A DNA stretch of 64,000 nucleotides from Spirochaetota bacterium (GTDB taxonomy: Bacteria > Spirochaetota > UBA4802 > UBA5550). The notes under the pieces were generated by a model. The model was not told the DNA's origin. It saw only the letters and a program-made list of their open reading frames with translations, and did not search any database. Where the stretch lies: NCBI GenBank assembly GCA_050298055.1, contig JBNKTL010000024.1:1-64000 (forward strand). Reading direction: 5' to 3'. Below are positions 1 to 10,039 of this stretch, piece by piece. How positions within the stretch are numbered: position 1 is the stretch's first letter; every line of letters starts with the position of its first letter. The translations under genes were made by a program, and so were the position numbers.

Positions 1-93
1 TTGATAATCGAGGAAGATTTAAACAATAACTGTTTATTTCAATTTTTAAAAATCGACAGACAAGGGGGATGGGGGGCAAAAGAGTGTAATAAA

Positions 94-1050
94 ATGATAA
101 AGTTCATAATCCCGGCACTTTTCTTTATCCTCTCCTGTTCCACCGGGGGAAACTCTGCGGGCAGGGAGAAAGGGGGGGAGAGGTTTACTCTTGATAAAAG
201 AGAAGACTACTGCCTTATCTGGGCCCTTTCCGATATCCAGCCCAAGAACAGGAAGGAGAGGGAACACTTCCATGTTGCGGTCAATGACATCAGGCAGTAC
301 TTCCCGGCCCTTGACGCGGCAATTTGTGCCGGGGACATCGTCCAGCGGAAAAAAGACTCGGTTGATGACTTCAGATGGTTTCTGGAAACCAGGAAGATGG
401 CTGCTGTCCCGCACTGGTATGAAATTGTGGGAAACCATGACGCCCGGAGCCTTGCGGAATACTTTACATTTATCAAAAAGCCCTACTTCTATTCCGTTGA
501 GATCGGCAATATCAGGATAATCCTCCTTTCTGACGAGGTGAACAATTCACCCACGGTCATTTCCGACGAGGCATTCAACTGGTGGAAAAAAGAGGTTATT
601 GAAAACCAGGATAAGAATATCATTACCGTGACCCATGCCGCCCTCCCCGAGAGTAAACTGGCTTTTTCCGGACTCTACAGGAGCCAGATACTGGATTCCG
701 GGAGGTTTGTCAGGGTGCTGAAAAAATACAGGGTTGACCTCTGGCTTTCGGGCCATACAACCACGCCGCATATCAGGGGATTTAATGAAGTCTCTGTGCC
801 TGAACTGAACAATATTCTTTTTATCAACCTTTCCTCGATCAGGCGGGAGATGGGAATCAGCGTTTCCTCAAGGCTGCTTGTTTTTAAAAAGAACAGCAGG
901 GAGCTGGTTATAAAGATGAGAAACCATGACAAAAGGGAATTCAGCGACGGTTTTGAAATGAAACTTAAGCTGCGCCATCCCTTCCGGATGAAAAACCGCG
1001 CGCCCCGGATCATCTACCCCCCCGGGCTTGTTACGGGCGGGGAAAATTAG
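94..1050 (+). CDS. Calcineurin-like metallophosphoesterase, probable lipoprotein
   Basis: Motifs SDIQ, AGDIV, GNHD, HAAL, SGHTT; signal MIKFIIPALFFILSC from ATG 94. Confidence 0.8.
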   Translation: MIKFIIPALFFILSCSTGGNSAGREKGGERFTLDKREDYCLIWALSDIQPKNRKEREHFHVAVNDIRQYFPALDAAICAGDIVQRKKDSVDDFRWFLETRKMAAVPHWYEIVGNHDARSLAEYFTFIKKPYFYSVEIGNIRIILLSDEVNNSPTVISDEAFNWWKKEVIENQDKNIITVTHAALPESKLAFSGLYRSQILDSGRFVRVLKKYRVDLWLSGHTTTPHIRGFNEVSVPELNNILFINLSSIRREMGISVSSRLLVFKKNSRELVIKMRNHDKREFSDGFEMKLKLRHPFRMKNRAPRIIYPPGLVTGGEN

Positions 1051-1083
1051 TTCCGGGTTGAGGAGGAAGAAAAGGAGAAAGTA

Positions 1084-1242
1084 TTGAACCGCCAGGCGCA
1101 AAGTTCGCAAAGGAATAAAGAGAAAAGAAATATTATGAGAAGTTATATTACAAAGTTAATGAAATATTATAGTGTATATTGTGATCAAAAGGATGTAAAA
1201 AGAAATTAAAAACTTAGCGCCCTTTGCGCCTTTGCGGTTCAA
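1084..1242. repeat. Inverted pair of 9-nt-periodic intergenic repeats
   Basis: ttgaaccgccaggcgcaaagttcgcaaagg (1084-1113) vs cttagcgccctttgcgcctttgcggttcaa (1213-1242); same motif at 7881-8008 and a half copy near 25603-25616. Confidence 0.75.
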
Positions 1243-1424
1243 AAATCTTGAACTTCATGTGCTTCGTAGTCTTTGTGAATAAAAATCTTCAAACAACCAT
1301 CTCTCTTCATCTGCGGCTAAATATATTTTTATCTTTTTCTCCCACGGGTTATGCAAAATTTATTTTTTCTCGCATGATTAATATTGACATCAAGCACAGC
1401 TCCGTTTACAATAGGTGCCGTTAA

Positions 1425-1533
1425 ATAAATTTACTAAAATATCAACAATATGTCCCCGCCGGCCGGGGCGGCGGGGACATAACAGCTGTATTTTTATGAA
1501 TATGATTATTCGTATACACAGTTTGAGTCGTTA
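1425..1533. mobile_element. MITE-like element copy 1 (central GC hairpin)
   Basis: tttactaaaat..caacaatatgtccccgccg-loop-cggcggggacata..gagtcgtta; homologous to 11149-11267 and 42811-42949. Confidence 0.6.
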
Positions 1534-1568
1534 AATTTTTCAAAAGATCAGTAAATAGGAGTTTGATG

Positions 1569-2345
1569 ATGAAGATAGTTGTCTGCCTCAAACAGGTTCC
1601 GGATATGGAATCAAAATTCAAAATAATTGATGATAAAAATGTTGATGAGTCACAGATGGCATTCAAGATCAATGACTTTGATAACTATGCCGTCGAAGCA
1701 GCTCTCCGTTTGAAGGAGAAGTTCGGAGGGGAAGTCATAATACTATCTGCGGGCCCCGACAGGGCGGTGAAGGACATACGCCAGGCCTTCGCGATGGGCG
1801 CCGACTGGGGGGTCCATATAAACGATCCCGCGGTTCTTGCGGAAGATAATTTTGTCATTGCTTCCACACTGGTCAAGGCAGTGGAAGAGATCGGTGATGT
1901 TGACCTGGTCTTTACCGGTGTTCAGGCCGAGGACGACCAGGCAGGTGTAACAGGGGTCATGATGGCGGAAATGATGGGTCTCCCTTCATGCACCAACGTT
2001 GTAAAGCTTGAAGTGGGTGATGACGGTAAGGGACTTAAGGTAAACAGGGAGCTCGAAGGCGGACTCAATGAGATCATCGAGATGAACGCTCCCGCGGTCC
2101 TTTCCATCCAGTCGGGAATTAACGATCCCCGGTATCCCACACTACCGGGTATCATGAAAGCAAAGAAAAAGAGACTTGATGCGAAAACGGGACCGGACCT
2201 CGGGGTTGACGCGCAGTCAAGGACCGAGTTTGTCAAAATGTTCATCCCGGTTGCCGATCACAAAGCGGAGATCATAGAGGGGGATCCTGCCGCTGCTGCG
2301 GGGACCCTTATAGAAAAATTAAAAAATGAAGCCAAGGTTATATAG
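1569..2345 (+). CDS. etfB: Electron transfer flavoprotein beta subunit
   Basis: MKIVVCLKQVPD, AVEAALRLKE, INDPRYPTLPGIMKAKKK; AGGAG RBS. Confidence 0.95.
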   Translation: MKIVVCLKQVPDMESKFKIIDDKNVDESQMAFKINDFDNYAVEAALRLKEKFGGEVIILSAGPDRAVKDIRQAFAMGADWGVHINDPAVLAEDNFVIASTLVKAVEEIGDVDLVFTGVQAEDDQAGVTGVMMAEMMGLPSCTNVVKLEVGDDGKGLKVNRELEGGLNEIIEMNAPAVLSIQSGINDPRYPTLPGIMKAKKKRLDAKTGPDLGVDAQSRTEFVKMFIPVADHKAEIIEGDPAAAAGTLIEKLKNEAKVI

Positions 2346-2356
2346 GAGGTTGATCG

Positions 2357-3307
2357 ATGGCCAGGATACTTGTAATTGCTGAACACAGAAACGGAACTTT
2401 AAGCGAGTCAACCCTTGAGCTTTGTACTGCTGCCAGGGAGATCGCGTCCGGGCTCGGTGCCGAGGCGGCAGCAGCGGTTTTTAGCAGGGATGATTCCCTC
2501 GCGCAGGAAGTTGCAAAGTATATCCCGGAAGTTTTTTCCGTAACGGACCCTTCCCTGGAAAAGTATACCTCAGATGGATACACGCAGGCGGCAAAGGCTG
2601 TTATGGATTCACAGGATGTAAAGGGCGTCCTTATTGCCCACAGCTATGACGGTGTGGACTTTGCGGGCAAACTGGCAATATCCGTTGATGCCGGTATCGT
2701 ATCAAACTGCAACAGGGCGGTTGTTGAGGGAGGTGAGCTTGTTCTTACCCGGAATACCTATAACGGGAAAATACAGGAAAATAAGAAGATAAAGACCGAT
2801 AAATTTGTTGTGACATTTGAAAAGGGCGCGTTTACCGTGAGTGAAGAATCGGGCCCGGGGAATGTGGCCCCGGTATCTGCTTCCATGGGGGAGATCCGGA
2901 CAAATGTCATGGATGTTGTTGAAACAATGGCAGGCTCTGTGGATATTACACAGGCCAAAATTATTGTTACAGGGGGAAGGGGCCTTAAAGATGCCGACAG
3001 GTACAAAGATGTTATTGTTCCCCTTGCGGAAAAACTGGGCGGTGAATATGGCGCAACAAGGCCGGTTGTGGACTCCGGCTGGACGGACCCCGCGCGGCAG
3101 GTTGGGCAGTCGGGAAAGACCGTAACACCGGAACTCTATATCGCTGCGGGCGTATCGGGCTCAATACAGCATATTGCGGGCATGAAGGGATCGCAGTGTA
3201 TTGTTGCCATTAACAAGGACCCCGAGGCGCCGATATTCAATATCGCGACCTATGGGATTGTGGGAGACCTCTTCGATGTTATCCCGGCAATGATGGAGAA
3301 GCTTTAA
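2357..3307 (+). CDS. etfA: Electron transfer flavoprotein alpha subunit
   Basis: GGRGL, RQVGQSGKTVTPELYIAAGVSGSIQH, AINKDPEAPIF. Confidence 0.95.
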   Translation: MARILVIAEHRNGTLSESTLELCTAAREIASGLGAEAAAAVFSRDDSLAQEVAKYIPEVFSVTDPSLEKYTSDGYTQAAKAVMDSQDVKGVLIAHSYDGVDFAGKLAISVDAGIVSNCNRAVVEGGELVLTRNTYNGKIQENKKIKTDKFVVTFEKGAFTVSEESGPGNVAPVSASMGEIRTNVMDVVETMAGSVDITQAKIIVTGGRGLKDADRYKDVIVPLAEKLGGEYGATRPVVDSGWTDPARQVGQSGKTVTPELYIAAGVSGSIQHIAGMKGSQCIVAINKDPEAPIFNIATYGIVGDLFDVIPAMMEKL

Positions 3308-3325
3308 TAAAATGAAAATAAAACA

Positions 3326-3355
3326 AATAGCCATGGGTTTAAACCCATGGCTATT
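3326..3355. repeat. REP-like palindrome, possible bidirectional terminator
   Basis: aatagccatgggtttaaacccatggctatt between convergent etfA and mrp; near-identical copy at 28256-28285. Confidence 0.65.
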
Positions 3356-3383
3356 GTTTTTGTCATCGTTAATGTGAAAATTA

Positions 3384-4220
3384 TTAATCCTGCTCCTTGA
3401 TCCTCTCCACGATCTTATCGATAATATCAACAAATATCTTCCGGGTCCCTTCACCTTTGCAGGCTGATATATAGGGTTCACCGCTGTCGCACATTTCGGT
3501 GATTTTCGGTTCCAGGGGAATGTTGCCGAGCATCTCAATATCAAACTCCCGGGCGATTTTTTCCACACTGTTCTTGTTAAACAGCTTGATCTCGTTGCTG
3601 CAGTGGGGGCATATCAGCCCTGACATGTTTTCAACAATACCGATTTTTTTTACCCCGATCTGTTTCAGGAAATTTATTGCTTTTTTAACATCCAGGAGCG
3701 CAACATCCTGGGGTGTTGTCACAACCACCGCGTAATCAATAGTGTTATACATTTGTATTACAGAGAGAGGTTCGTCCCCCGTCCCCGGCGGACAATCTAT
3801 CACCAGGTAGTCGAGCTCAGGCCAGTAAAAATCTTCAATAAATTGTGAAATAAGTTTCATTTTAAGGGGCCCGCGCCATATGAGCGGCTGACTGCCATCT
3901 TCAAGAAATGCGGAAGTACTCAGGGCCACCAGGTGATCATCAATCCTGATAGGCTCCGGATGCCCCAGTTCATTGTATTTAATCTTCTCACCCTCAATTC
4001 CCATCATCTTGTTTATTGAGGGGCCGTGGATATCCGCATCGAGGATGCCGGTTTTTAATCCCTTCATGGCCAACCCGGAGGAGATATTTGTGCTGACGGT
4101 ACTTTTGCCCACACCTCCTTTGTTGCTTAATACGATTATTGTGTGTTTGATTCTTTCGAGGTTCCCCATTTTCAGGTTCTCTCCGGAAGCGGTTGATTCG
4201 GATGCTGTGTGCTGTTCCAT
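3384..4220 (-). CDS. mrp: Mrp/NBP35 (ApbC) Fe-S cluster carrier ATPase
   Basis: KGGVGKST, DADIHGPS, IWRGP, DCPPGTGD, VENMSGLICPHC. Confidence 0.93.
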   Translation of the reverse strand: MEQHTASESTASGENLKMGNLERIKHTIIVLSNKGGVGKSTVSTNISSGLAMKGLKTGILDADIHGPSINKMMGIEGEKIKYNELGHPEPIRIDDHLVALSTSAFLEDGSQPLIWRGPLKMKLISQFIEDFYWPELDYLVIDCPPGTGDEPLSVIQMYNTIDYAVVVTTPQDVALLDVKKAINFLKQIGVKKIGIVENMSGLICPHCSNEIKLFNKNSVEKIAREFDIEMLGNIPLEPKITEMCDSGEPYISACKGEGTRKIFVDIIDKIVERIKEQD

Positions 4221-4293
4221 TTTTGGCTCCTTGTTAATGTATGATTTATTTTCATTTTATGGTAAACTAAAAAAAGAAAATAAAAGATTTGAA

Positions 4294-4363
4294 GCCGCGG
4301 ATAAACGCTGATATTTCTTTTTATTTTCTTATTTTTCTGCGTCCATCTGCGTGTATCTGCGGC
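4294..4363. repeat. Inverted 10-nt-periodic intergenic repeat
   Basis: gccgcggataaacgctgat ... ctgcgtccatctgcgtgtatctgcggc. Confidence 0.55.
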
Positions 4364-4458
4364 AATTTCTTTCTCTTCCTCTTTTATACTACTGTTGGTA
4401 GGTTAAAATAACTTTTAAAATAAAAAGTGATAAATGTCACCTTGCTCTTTCATTAAGC

Positions 4459-5334
4459 TTACTTCGTGCTCTTCAAAAGCATATCCGAGGTAATTTTCTC
4501 CCAGATAGCCGTTATTTTCTCCCTGAGTTTTTCCCCGGCATATTCAACAAGAGGAACACAGTTTACCACCGATTCGGGTACCTCCGGTGAATAGGGGACC
4601 AGTCCTATGACCTCCGCGTTTTGAGATTCGGAAAATTCAATGATTGCACCGGTGTTCTCCCTGTTTATGTCATACCTGTTTACCACAACTTTTGCGGGTA
4701 TTTTAAATTGAGTTGTCAGCTCAAAGACTCTCTGGAGATCATGGATCCCCGAGACGCTGGGCTCGGTAACAATGAGTGCCAGGTCCACACCGGTAAGGGT
4801 TGACATTGTGGGGCAGCCAATACCGGGAGGGCCGTCAATTATGATATAGTCATGTTTGTTTTTCAGGGCAATGTTTCTTGCTGCATCTCTAATGGCCGCC
4901 ACAAGCTTCCCGGAATTTTCTTCGGCTATGCCCAGTTTCGCGTGGAGAAGGGGCCCGTATTCCGTATCCGAAACAAACCACTCGCCGGAAATATTTTCTC
5001 TCATTGATATGGCCTGTTTCGGACACGCGTGGCTGCAGAAGCCGCAGCCTTCACAGTCGATTTCATCAACCCGGTAATCGCTGCTTATGGCATTAAACCT
5101 GCAGATATCCAGGCAGAGACCACATTCTTTACACCTGGTTTTGTCAATAAATGCGGTTTTACCTCCGCTGAATTCATATCTTTCCATAATATCCGGCTTT
5201 AACAGGATATAGAGATCGGCCGCATCAACATCGCAATCAACCATGACCTTGTTCTCTGCAAGGGCGGCCAGGGACGCTGTCATTACGGTTTTCCCTGTTC
5301 CTCCCTTACCGCTTATTATGGCGATCTGCTTCAT
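4459..5334 (-). CDS. MinD-superfamily P-loop ATPase with inserted 4Fe-4S ferredoxin domain (COG1149)
   Basis: SGKGGTGKT, DCDVDAAD, CKECGLCLDIC, CEGCGFCSHACP, DGPPGIGCP. Confidence 0.9.
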   Translation of the reverse strand: MKQIAIISGKGGTGKTVMTASLAALAENKVMVDCDVDAADLYILLKPDIMERYEFSGGKTAFIDKTRCKECGLCLDICRFNAISSDYRVDEIDCEGCGFCSHACPKQAISMRENISGEWFVSDTEYGPLLHAKLGIAEENSGKLVAAIRDAARNIALKNKHDYIIIDGPPGIGCPTMSTLTGVDLALIVTEPSVSGIHDLQRVFELTTQFKIPAKVVVNRYDINRENTGAIIEFSESQNAEVIGLVPYSPEVPESVVNCVPLVEYAGEKLREKITAIWEKITSDMLLKSTK

Positions 5335-6182
5335 GACAGGGTTCCTTCAATATCAGTATAGAGTTTCCGGAAAATGTCTCTGTAGCCGGGGTTTTTTGCC
5401 GCAACAGGCTCTCCCGACGAATAGAGCCGTGCCAGTTCCCTGCTGAAAGGTATTTTCAACAGAATGGGGATATTCCGCTCGTTACAGTATTCCTCTGTTT
5501 TCCCGTCGCCGGTGTCCGACTTGTTGATGACAACACCGAAGGGAATGCCCAGTTTTTCAATAACTTCAACGGCAAGTTTCAGATCATTCAGGCCGAAGGG
5601 AGTGGGTTCGGTCACCAGTATGCAGTAATCACTTCCTTTGACGGCTGAAATGACCGGGCACGAGGTCCCGGGAGGTGAGTCGATGATCGTTACGATTTTC
5701 TCTTGGATACTCTTTTTCAATTGCCGGATAACAGCAGGTGACATTATTTCGCCGATATTGAGTTTCGCATGGTTAAAATTCAGGGACCCGCTTTGTCCCC
5801 ATTGGATGACTCCTATGGGTTTATCAATCTCTGTTATAGCGTTCTCAGGGCAGAAATAACCGCACGCGCCGCACCCGTGACAGAGATGCTGAAAATGAAG
5901 GACTTTTCCCTCCCGGCCATTTTCACCGGGAAGAACTGCGATTGCGTTGTATGAACAGATATCCCGGCATTTTCCGCAGAAGCTGCAGCTGTTTTCATCA
6001 AATGTGGGGCAGGGCATGACCGCGTTCTTTTCTTCGGAAATGACCGGTTTCAGGAAGAGGTGGCCGTTTGGTTCTTCAACATCGCAGTCGTAGTATTCTG
6101 CATTTTCAATACTGAGGGCAAGGTTGGTTGCCACGGTTGTTTTCCCGGTCCCCCCTTTGCCGCTTGCAACGGAAATAATCAT
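5331..6182 (-). CDS. MinD-superfamily P-loop ATPase with inserted ferredoxin domain (COG1149 paralog)
   Basis: SGKGGTGKTT, DCDVEEPNGHLF, CSFCGKCRDIC, CHGCGACGYFCP, DSPPGTSCP. Confidence 0.9.
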   Translation of the reverse strand: MIISVASGKGGTGKTTVATNLALSIENAEYYDCDVEEPNGHLFLKPVISEEKNAVMPCPTFDENSCSFCGKCRDICSYNAIAVLPGENGREGKVLHFQHLCHGCGACGYFCPENAITEIDKPIGVIQWGQSGSLNFNHAKLNIGEIMSPAVIRQLKKSIQEKIVTIIDSPPGTSCPVISAVKGSDYCILVTEPTPFGLNDLKLAVEVIEKLGIPFGVVINKSDTGDGKTEEYCNERNIPILLKIPFSRELARLYSSGEPVAAKNPGYRDIFRKLYTDIEGTLS

Positions 6183-6227
6183 ATCTTCTCCTTTAATCTT
6201 TTTTCATTTTCATGAATGGATGGTCCT

Positions 6228-6551
6228 TTACGCAAGTTTTCCCGCGTTAAAATCTTCAATTGCATCTCTTACCGTTCCGGAGATCCCCGTGAAGACCCTG
6301 ATCCCCGCGGAGTTCAGGGTTTCCGCGGCGTTGTTTCCCACACTCCCGGTCAGGAGCGCCTCTACGTTTTTCGCGGACACCAGCTGACCGGCCTTTATCC
6401 CCGCTCCTCCCTGGCTTTCGATATTCGGGTTCTCGATTGCTTCAAAATCCATTGTTTCGGCGTTTGCAATAATGAAATATTTGCATCTTCCGAAGCGGGG
6501 ATCTACAGGGGAATCAATACTCTTTTCAGATGATGTTATGCATATCTTCAT
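6228..6551 (-). CDS. NifB/NifX family metallocluster-binding protein
   Basis: VDPRFGRCKYFII, GGAGIKAGQ, LLTGSVG. Confidence 0.88.
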   Translation of the reverse strand: MKICITSSEKSIDSPVDPRFGRCKYFIIANAETMDFEAIENPNIESQGGAGIKAGQLVSAKNVEALLTGSVGNNAAETLNSAGIRVFTGISGTVRDAIEDFNAGKLA

Positions 6552-6564
6552 GATCGTTGTCCCC

Positions 6565-6927
6565 TTAGTGACATCCGTCATGATCTTCGCATGCTTCCAG
6601 CCCGGAGAGGGAGTTGTTCAGATGACCGCTGATGGCGTCCTTCACTTTTCCCCTGTACCCGGAGACCTGTACACCGGCCCGTGCGAACTTCTGCTGGGCC
6701 CCCGCGCCCATTCCGCCTGAGATAACATGTGTTATATCATGTTTCAGCATGCCGTCCACGGCAATACAGCCTCCGCCTCCATGGGAATGTTCATTTGACT
6801 CAATGCGCGTATTTGTGATTTCTCCGTTTTCGATATCCACAATAAAAAAGTAGCGGCACTGTCCGAAATGAAGGGAAACATCTCCCTCTATCCCTGTGTT
6901 TTCCTCCATGGTTATTCCTATTCTCAT
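6565..6927 (-). CDS. NifB/NifX family metallocluster-binding protein with Cys/His tail
   Basis: VSLHFGQCRYF, ISGGMGAGA, C-terminal CEDHDGCH. Confidence 0.88.
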   Translation of the reverse strand: MRIGITMEENTGIEGDVSLHFGQCRYFFIVDIENGEITNTRIESNEHSHGGGGCIAVDGMLKHDITHVISGGMGAGAQQKFARAGVQVSGYRGKVKDAISGHLNNSLSGLEACEDHDGCH

Positions 6928-7030
6928 TTTTTTCTCCTTTTTATTCAAAAATATATGTAACTGCCCGGCTATGCAAAAAACAAGCCTGTCTGTCTAAGAA
7001 TCTTCATTCTCTTTATTTTGTGCGCTCTTC

Positions 7031-7234
7031 TCACGGGGGAACAGCAGGCTCAATTGCTTCAAGGCACGAGCCGTCTCTTCGCCTTCCGTGTATGGGTTGT
7101 GGCCTCTTTCTCTCCCCGAAATTTCTTCCTCCGGAATGCCCCCACTCTTCTTCCGGAGCTCCGCTGCAGAGGCCCCTTCTTCCCCCTGTCATGGGGCCAT
7201 CTCCTTTTGGTCCTCTTCTGTCTCTTCGTGGCAT
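7031..7234 (-). CDS. DUF5320-like small Gly/Arg-rich protein
   Basis: MPRRDRRGPKGDGPMTGGRRGLC matches the DUF5320 N-terminal pattern; AAGGAGGT RBS. Confidence 0.7.
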   Translation of the reverse strand: MPRRDRRGPKGDGPMTGGRRGLCSGAPEEEWGHSGGRNFGERKRPQPIHGRRRDGSCLEAIEPAVPP

Positions 7235-7252
7235 AATCTCCACCTCCTTAAT

Positions 7253-7271
7253 AGTAATGAAAATCATTATC
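7253..7271. promoter_or_regulatory. Fur box upstream of the DUF5320-NifX-ATPase genes
   Basis: AGTAATGAAAATCATTATC vs consensus GATAATGATAATCATTATC. Confidence 0.75.
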
Positions 7272-7295
7272 AATAAAAGTGAAAAAAAATTCAGG

Positions 7296-7769
7296 TTAAC
7301 CCTCGCTGCACTTTGCACAGATACCGTGAAACTGTATAATATGGGATTTGATGTTAAAGTTATACTTCTCTGAAAGTCCCTTTTCGGTTTTTTTAAGAAG
7401 TTCAAGTTCTTCATTGATAAAATCATTGTAATTTATGATGGAATTGCACCGGGTACACACAAGGTGATGGTGGTGGTTCTCACTCTCCTCTCCTTCAAGG
7501 ATCTCATACCGTGATCTTCCGTCGCCAAAATCGAATTTTGTGACCATGCCCATATTAACAAGTATTTCCAGGGTCCTGTATATTGAGGTAAGACCAATTG
7601 CCGGATGTGTCTCAAGTACCCTCAGGTAGACATCTTCCGCGCTCCAGTGCCTGTTCGGATCTTCCATTAAGACTTCCAGGATTGCTTTTCGTCCTTCGGT
7701 AATGCGGTAGCCTTTTCCCTGGAACTGGTCCTCCCAGCAGCACATTCCCCTCTGTTTTCTCTTCAGCAT
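7296..7769 (-). CDS. fur: Fur family transcriptional repressor
   Basis: RITEGRKAIL, HWSAEDVY, TSIYRTL, HHHHLVCTRC, HGICAKC. Confidence 0.92.
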   Translation of the reverse strand: MLKRKQRGMCCWEDQFQGKGYRITEGRKAILEVLMEDPNRHWSAEDVYLRVLETHPAIGLTSIYRTLEILVNMGMVTKFDFGDGRSRYEILEGEESENHHHHLVCTRCNSIINYNDFINEELELLKKTEKGLSEKYNFNIKSHIIQFHGICAKCSEG

Positions 7770-7780
7770 GGAAGCTCCTT

Positions 7781-7805
7781 ATTGATAATGGTTTTCATTA
7801 TCAAT
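7781..7805. promoter_or_regulatory. Fur box upstream of fur (autoregulation)
   Basis: ATTGATAATGGTTTTCATTATCAAT palindrome, core GATAATGGTTTTCATTATC. Confidence 0.8.
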
Positions 7806-7880
7806 ATAGTCAATTATCCCAAAATCGTCAAGTCTTTTTGTTAATAATTCCTGAAGCATAGTGAAAAATTAAATATTTTA

Positions 7881-8008
7881 AACCGCTAAGGCGCAAAGGG
7901 CGCAAAGTAGTTTTTTTAAAACAATCTTATCTTCAAAAGTCATTGTTGCAAAGATGTGTGAAATCTCTTTTTTTCTTTTCCCTTTGCGCCCTTTGCGACT
8001 TTGCGGTT
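7881..8008. repeat. Inverted pair of 9-nt-periodic intergenic repeats
   Basis: aaccgctaaggcgcaaagggcgcaaag ... ctttgcgccctttgcgactttgcggtt. Confidence 0.75.
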
Positions 8009-8079
8009 CAAAATTGTTCTTTTAGCCTTTCCCTTTCTTCTCTGTGTTCCAGTGTCACTGGTATCAAGAAGAATTAATT

Positions 8080-9963
8080 TTATTTCACCGCACCCTTTGA
8101 TGTGAGGAATTCAACGAATATACTGTTTTTCGCGGATTTAGCATACGCCAGTGCCGTTTTCCCCCTGCTGTCAGCGGCATTAATATCAGCCCCCGCTTTC
8201 ACAAGCTCATTGATGATACAGGTGTTCCTGTAATATCCCCAGTTTCTCTTCTGCCTTGAGTAATAGAGCAGGGGGGTAAGTTTCTCGCTGTTTCGGGCGT
8301 TCACATCGGCGCCGCATTCTATGAGGACCTTTACGGCTTTATAATTATCAGTTGCAAAGAGAGCGGAATCAATATCGAATCTTTCATTTTTGGCAAGGTA
8401 GTGCGCAAAGGTGACGTCGCCATTTTTTATGGCACAGAGAAAGAGGTCGAAACCCTTTATCTTTACATCACCCATTATCAACAGTTTTGCCACTTCATAG
8501 AGATTTCTCCGGGATGCATAATCCAGCGCCGATATCTTGTTCTTATCATGTATGTCCGGATCGGCATCGTGATCCAGGAGAAACTTTACAGTCTCCAGAA
8601 GTTTCTTCTCCGGTACACCGGATTTGAGAGCGGAGAGAAGGGGTGTGGAACCTGAATTATCAACTGCATTAATATCCGTACCGGTTTCAACAAGCTGTTT
8701 CAACATGTTCATATTGGATAACGCTGCGGCTTTATGAAAGAGGGCGGTTTCCGGTTTAAGGAAGAGGGAGCTCTTTTTTTTCGTACCGGTTTTTACCGCC
8801 GGTTTTCCGGCTCCCTTTTCCAGAAGATATTTTAAAATATCGGCATGTCCTGAAATTGCCGCATAGTCCGCAGCGCTCTTTTTCTTTCTGTCCCTGTCAT
8901 TTATTGTGGCGCCTTTTTCCACCAGGAGTTGTACGATTTCCCCGTGCCCTTTCTCTGCGGCAAACATCAGGGCCGTTTTCCCCTGCCTGTTTCTCCTGTT
9001 TATATCTGCATTCATTTCAAGGAGGAGCCCGGCGATTCTCCTGTCGGGTGTTGCATCCATTTTCGCGCATTGCATCAGGGGTGTTTCCAGGTTCCTGTCC
9101 CTTATCTTTATGCGTGCCTTCAGGTCCAGCACCAGTTTCACCATGGGGTACATGTTGGATTTTATTGCTTCATAAAGGAGACAGTTGCTGTTCCGGGTGA
9201 TCCTGTTGATATCGGCCTTTCTGGCCGCAAGGAACTTCACCATTTGAAGGTCACCGTTCCCGGCCGCTATCATTATGGGTGTTCTGCTGTGTCTCTGTAT
9301 CATGTTGATGTCAGATCCTTTCTTGAGCAGCAGTTCCACAATATCCCGGTTCCCTCCCAGTACCGCGGCAGCGAGGGCTGTCATTCCTTCCCGGCCTTTT
9401 ATGGTAACCGGGGGATTTTTTTCCAGGATGAGTTTGACAATATCGGTGAAGCCGTACCGGGAAGCGGCAATAAGCGCCAGGCCTGATCCCGCCATCCCCC
9501 TGTTCTCAAGGAGGAGCCTGACGATATGAATATTACCCTCCCTGGATGCCAGCTCAAGGGGCGTTTCTCCCATCCTGTTTCCCGTGTTGGGGCGCGCTCC
9601 GTTTTTGATAAGGATTTCCGCTGTTTTTGACCTGTTTTTACTTATGGCATAGTTGAGCGGGGTGTTTCCCTCTGAATCCCTTCCGTTGAGGTCAGCATGG
9701 TATGATATCAGGATCCTGACCATTTTTTCATCCCCGGTTTCCGACGCGTACATAATTCCTGTTTTTCTTTTTTTCTGGTCCTTTATGACGTCCGGCCTGA
9801 TCCCGGTTTTCAGCTCGTTCTTTACCTTTTCATGATCTCCGAGTATTACGGCATCTATAAAATCGATATTTCTCTTAGTGTTTCCCGTTGCCGTATGGGA
9901 GTAAAATAGCTGGACCAGGACCAGGAGTGTAAAAATCAGTGGTTTGCGGAGACTGTAAATCAT
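8080..9963 (-). CDS. Exported ankyrin-repeat protein
   Basis: Many G-x-T-[PA]-L..A...G...IV.LL...GA.IN repeats; N-terminal signal peptide. Confidence 0.92.
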   Translation of the reverse strand: MIYSLRKPLIFTLLVLVQLFYSHTATGNTKRNIDFIDAVILGDHEKVKNELKTGIRPDVIKDQKKRKTGIMYASETGDEKMVRILISYHADLNGRDSEGNTPLNYAISKNRSKTAEILIKNGARPNTGNRMGETPLELASREGNIHIVRLLLENRGMAGSGLALIAASRYGFTDIVKLILEKNPPVTIKGREGMTALAAAVLGGNRDIVELLLKKGSDINMIQRHSRTPIMIAAGNGDLQMVKFLAARKADINRITRNSNCLLYEAIKSNMYPMVKLVLDLKARIKIRDRNLETPLMQCAKMDATPDRRIAGLLLEMNADINRRNRQGKTALMFAAEKGHGEIVQLLVEKGATINDRDRKKKSAADYAAISGHADILKYLLEKGAGKPAVKTGTKKKSSLFLKPETALFHKAAALSNMNMLKQLVETGTDINAVDNSGSTPLLSALKSGVPEKKLLETVKFLLDHDADPDIHDKNKISALDYASRRNLYEVAKLLIMGDVKIKGFDLFLCAIKNGDVTFAHYLAKNERFDIDSALFATDNYKAVKVLIECGADVNARNSEKLTPLLYYSRQKRNWGYYRNTCIINELVKAGADINAADSRGKTALAYAKSAKNSIFVEFLTSKGAVK

Positions 9964-10039
9964 GTGTTAATCATACCTCATTATATAATTTATCCAGACA
10001 GGTTCTGGAGTGTTAATTATTTGCTGTTGAAATTAATCG

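Noticed and set aside
6228..6927. Nitrogen fixation genes
   Set aside because: NifX-like domains occur widely without nitrogenase; no nifHDK in the window.
7031..7033. Selenocysteine readthrough of the TGA in the DUF5320-like gene
   Set aside because: No redox motif context or evident SECIS; only five more codons follow.
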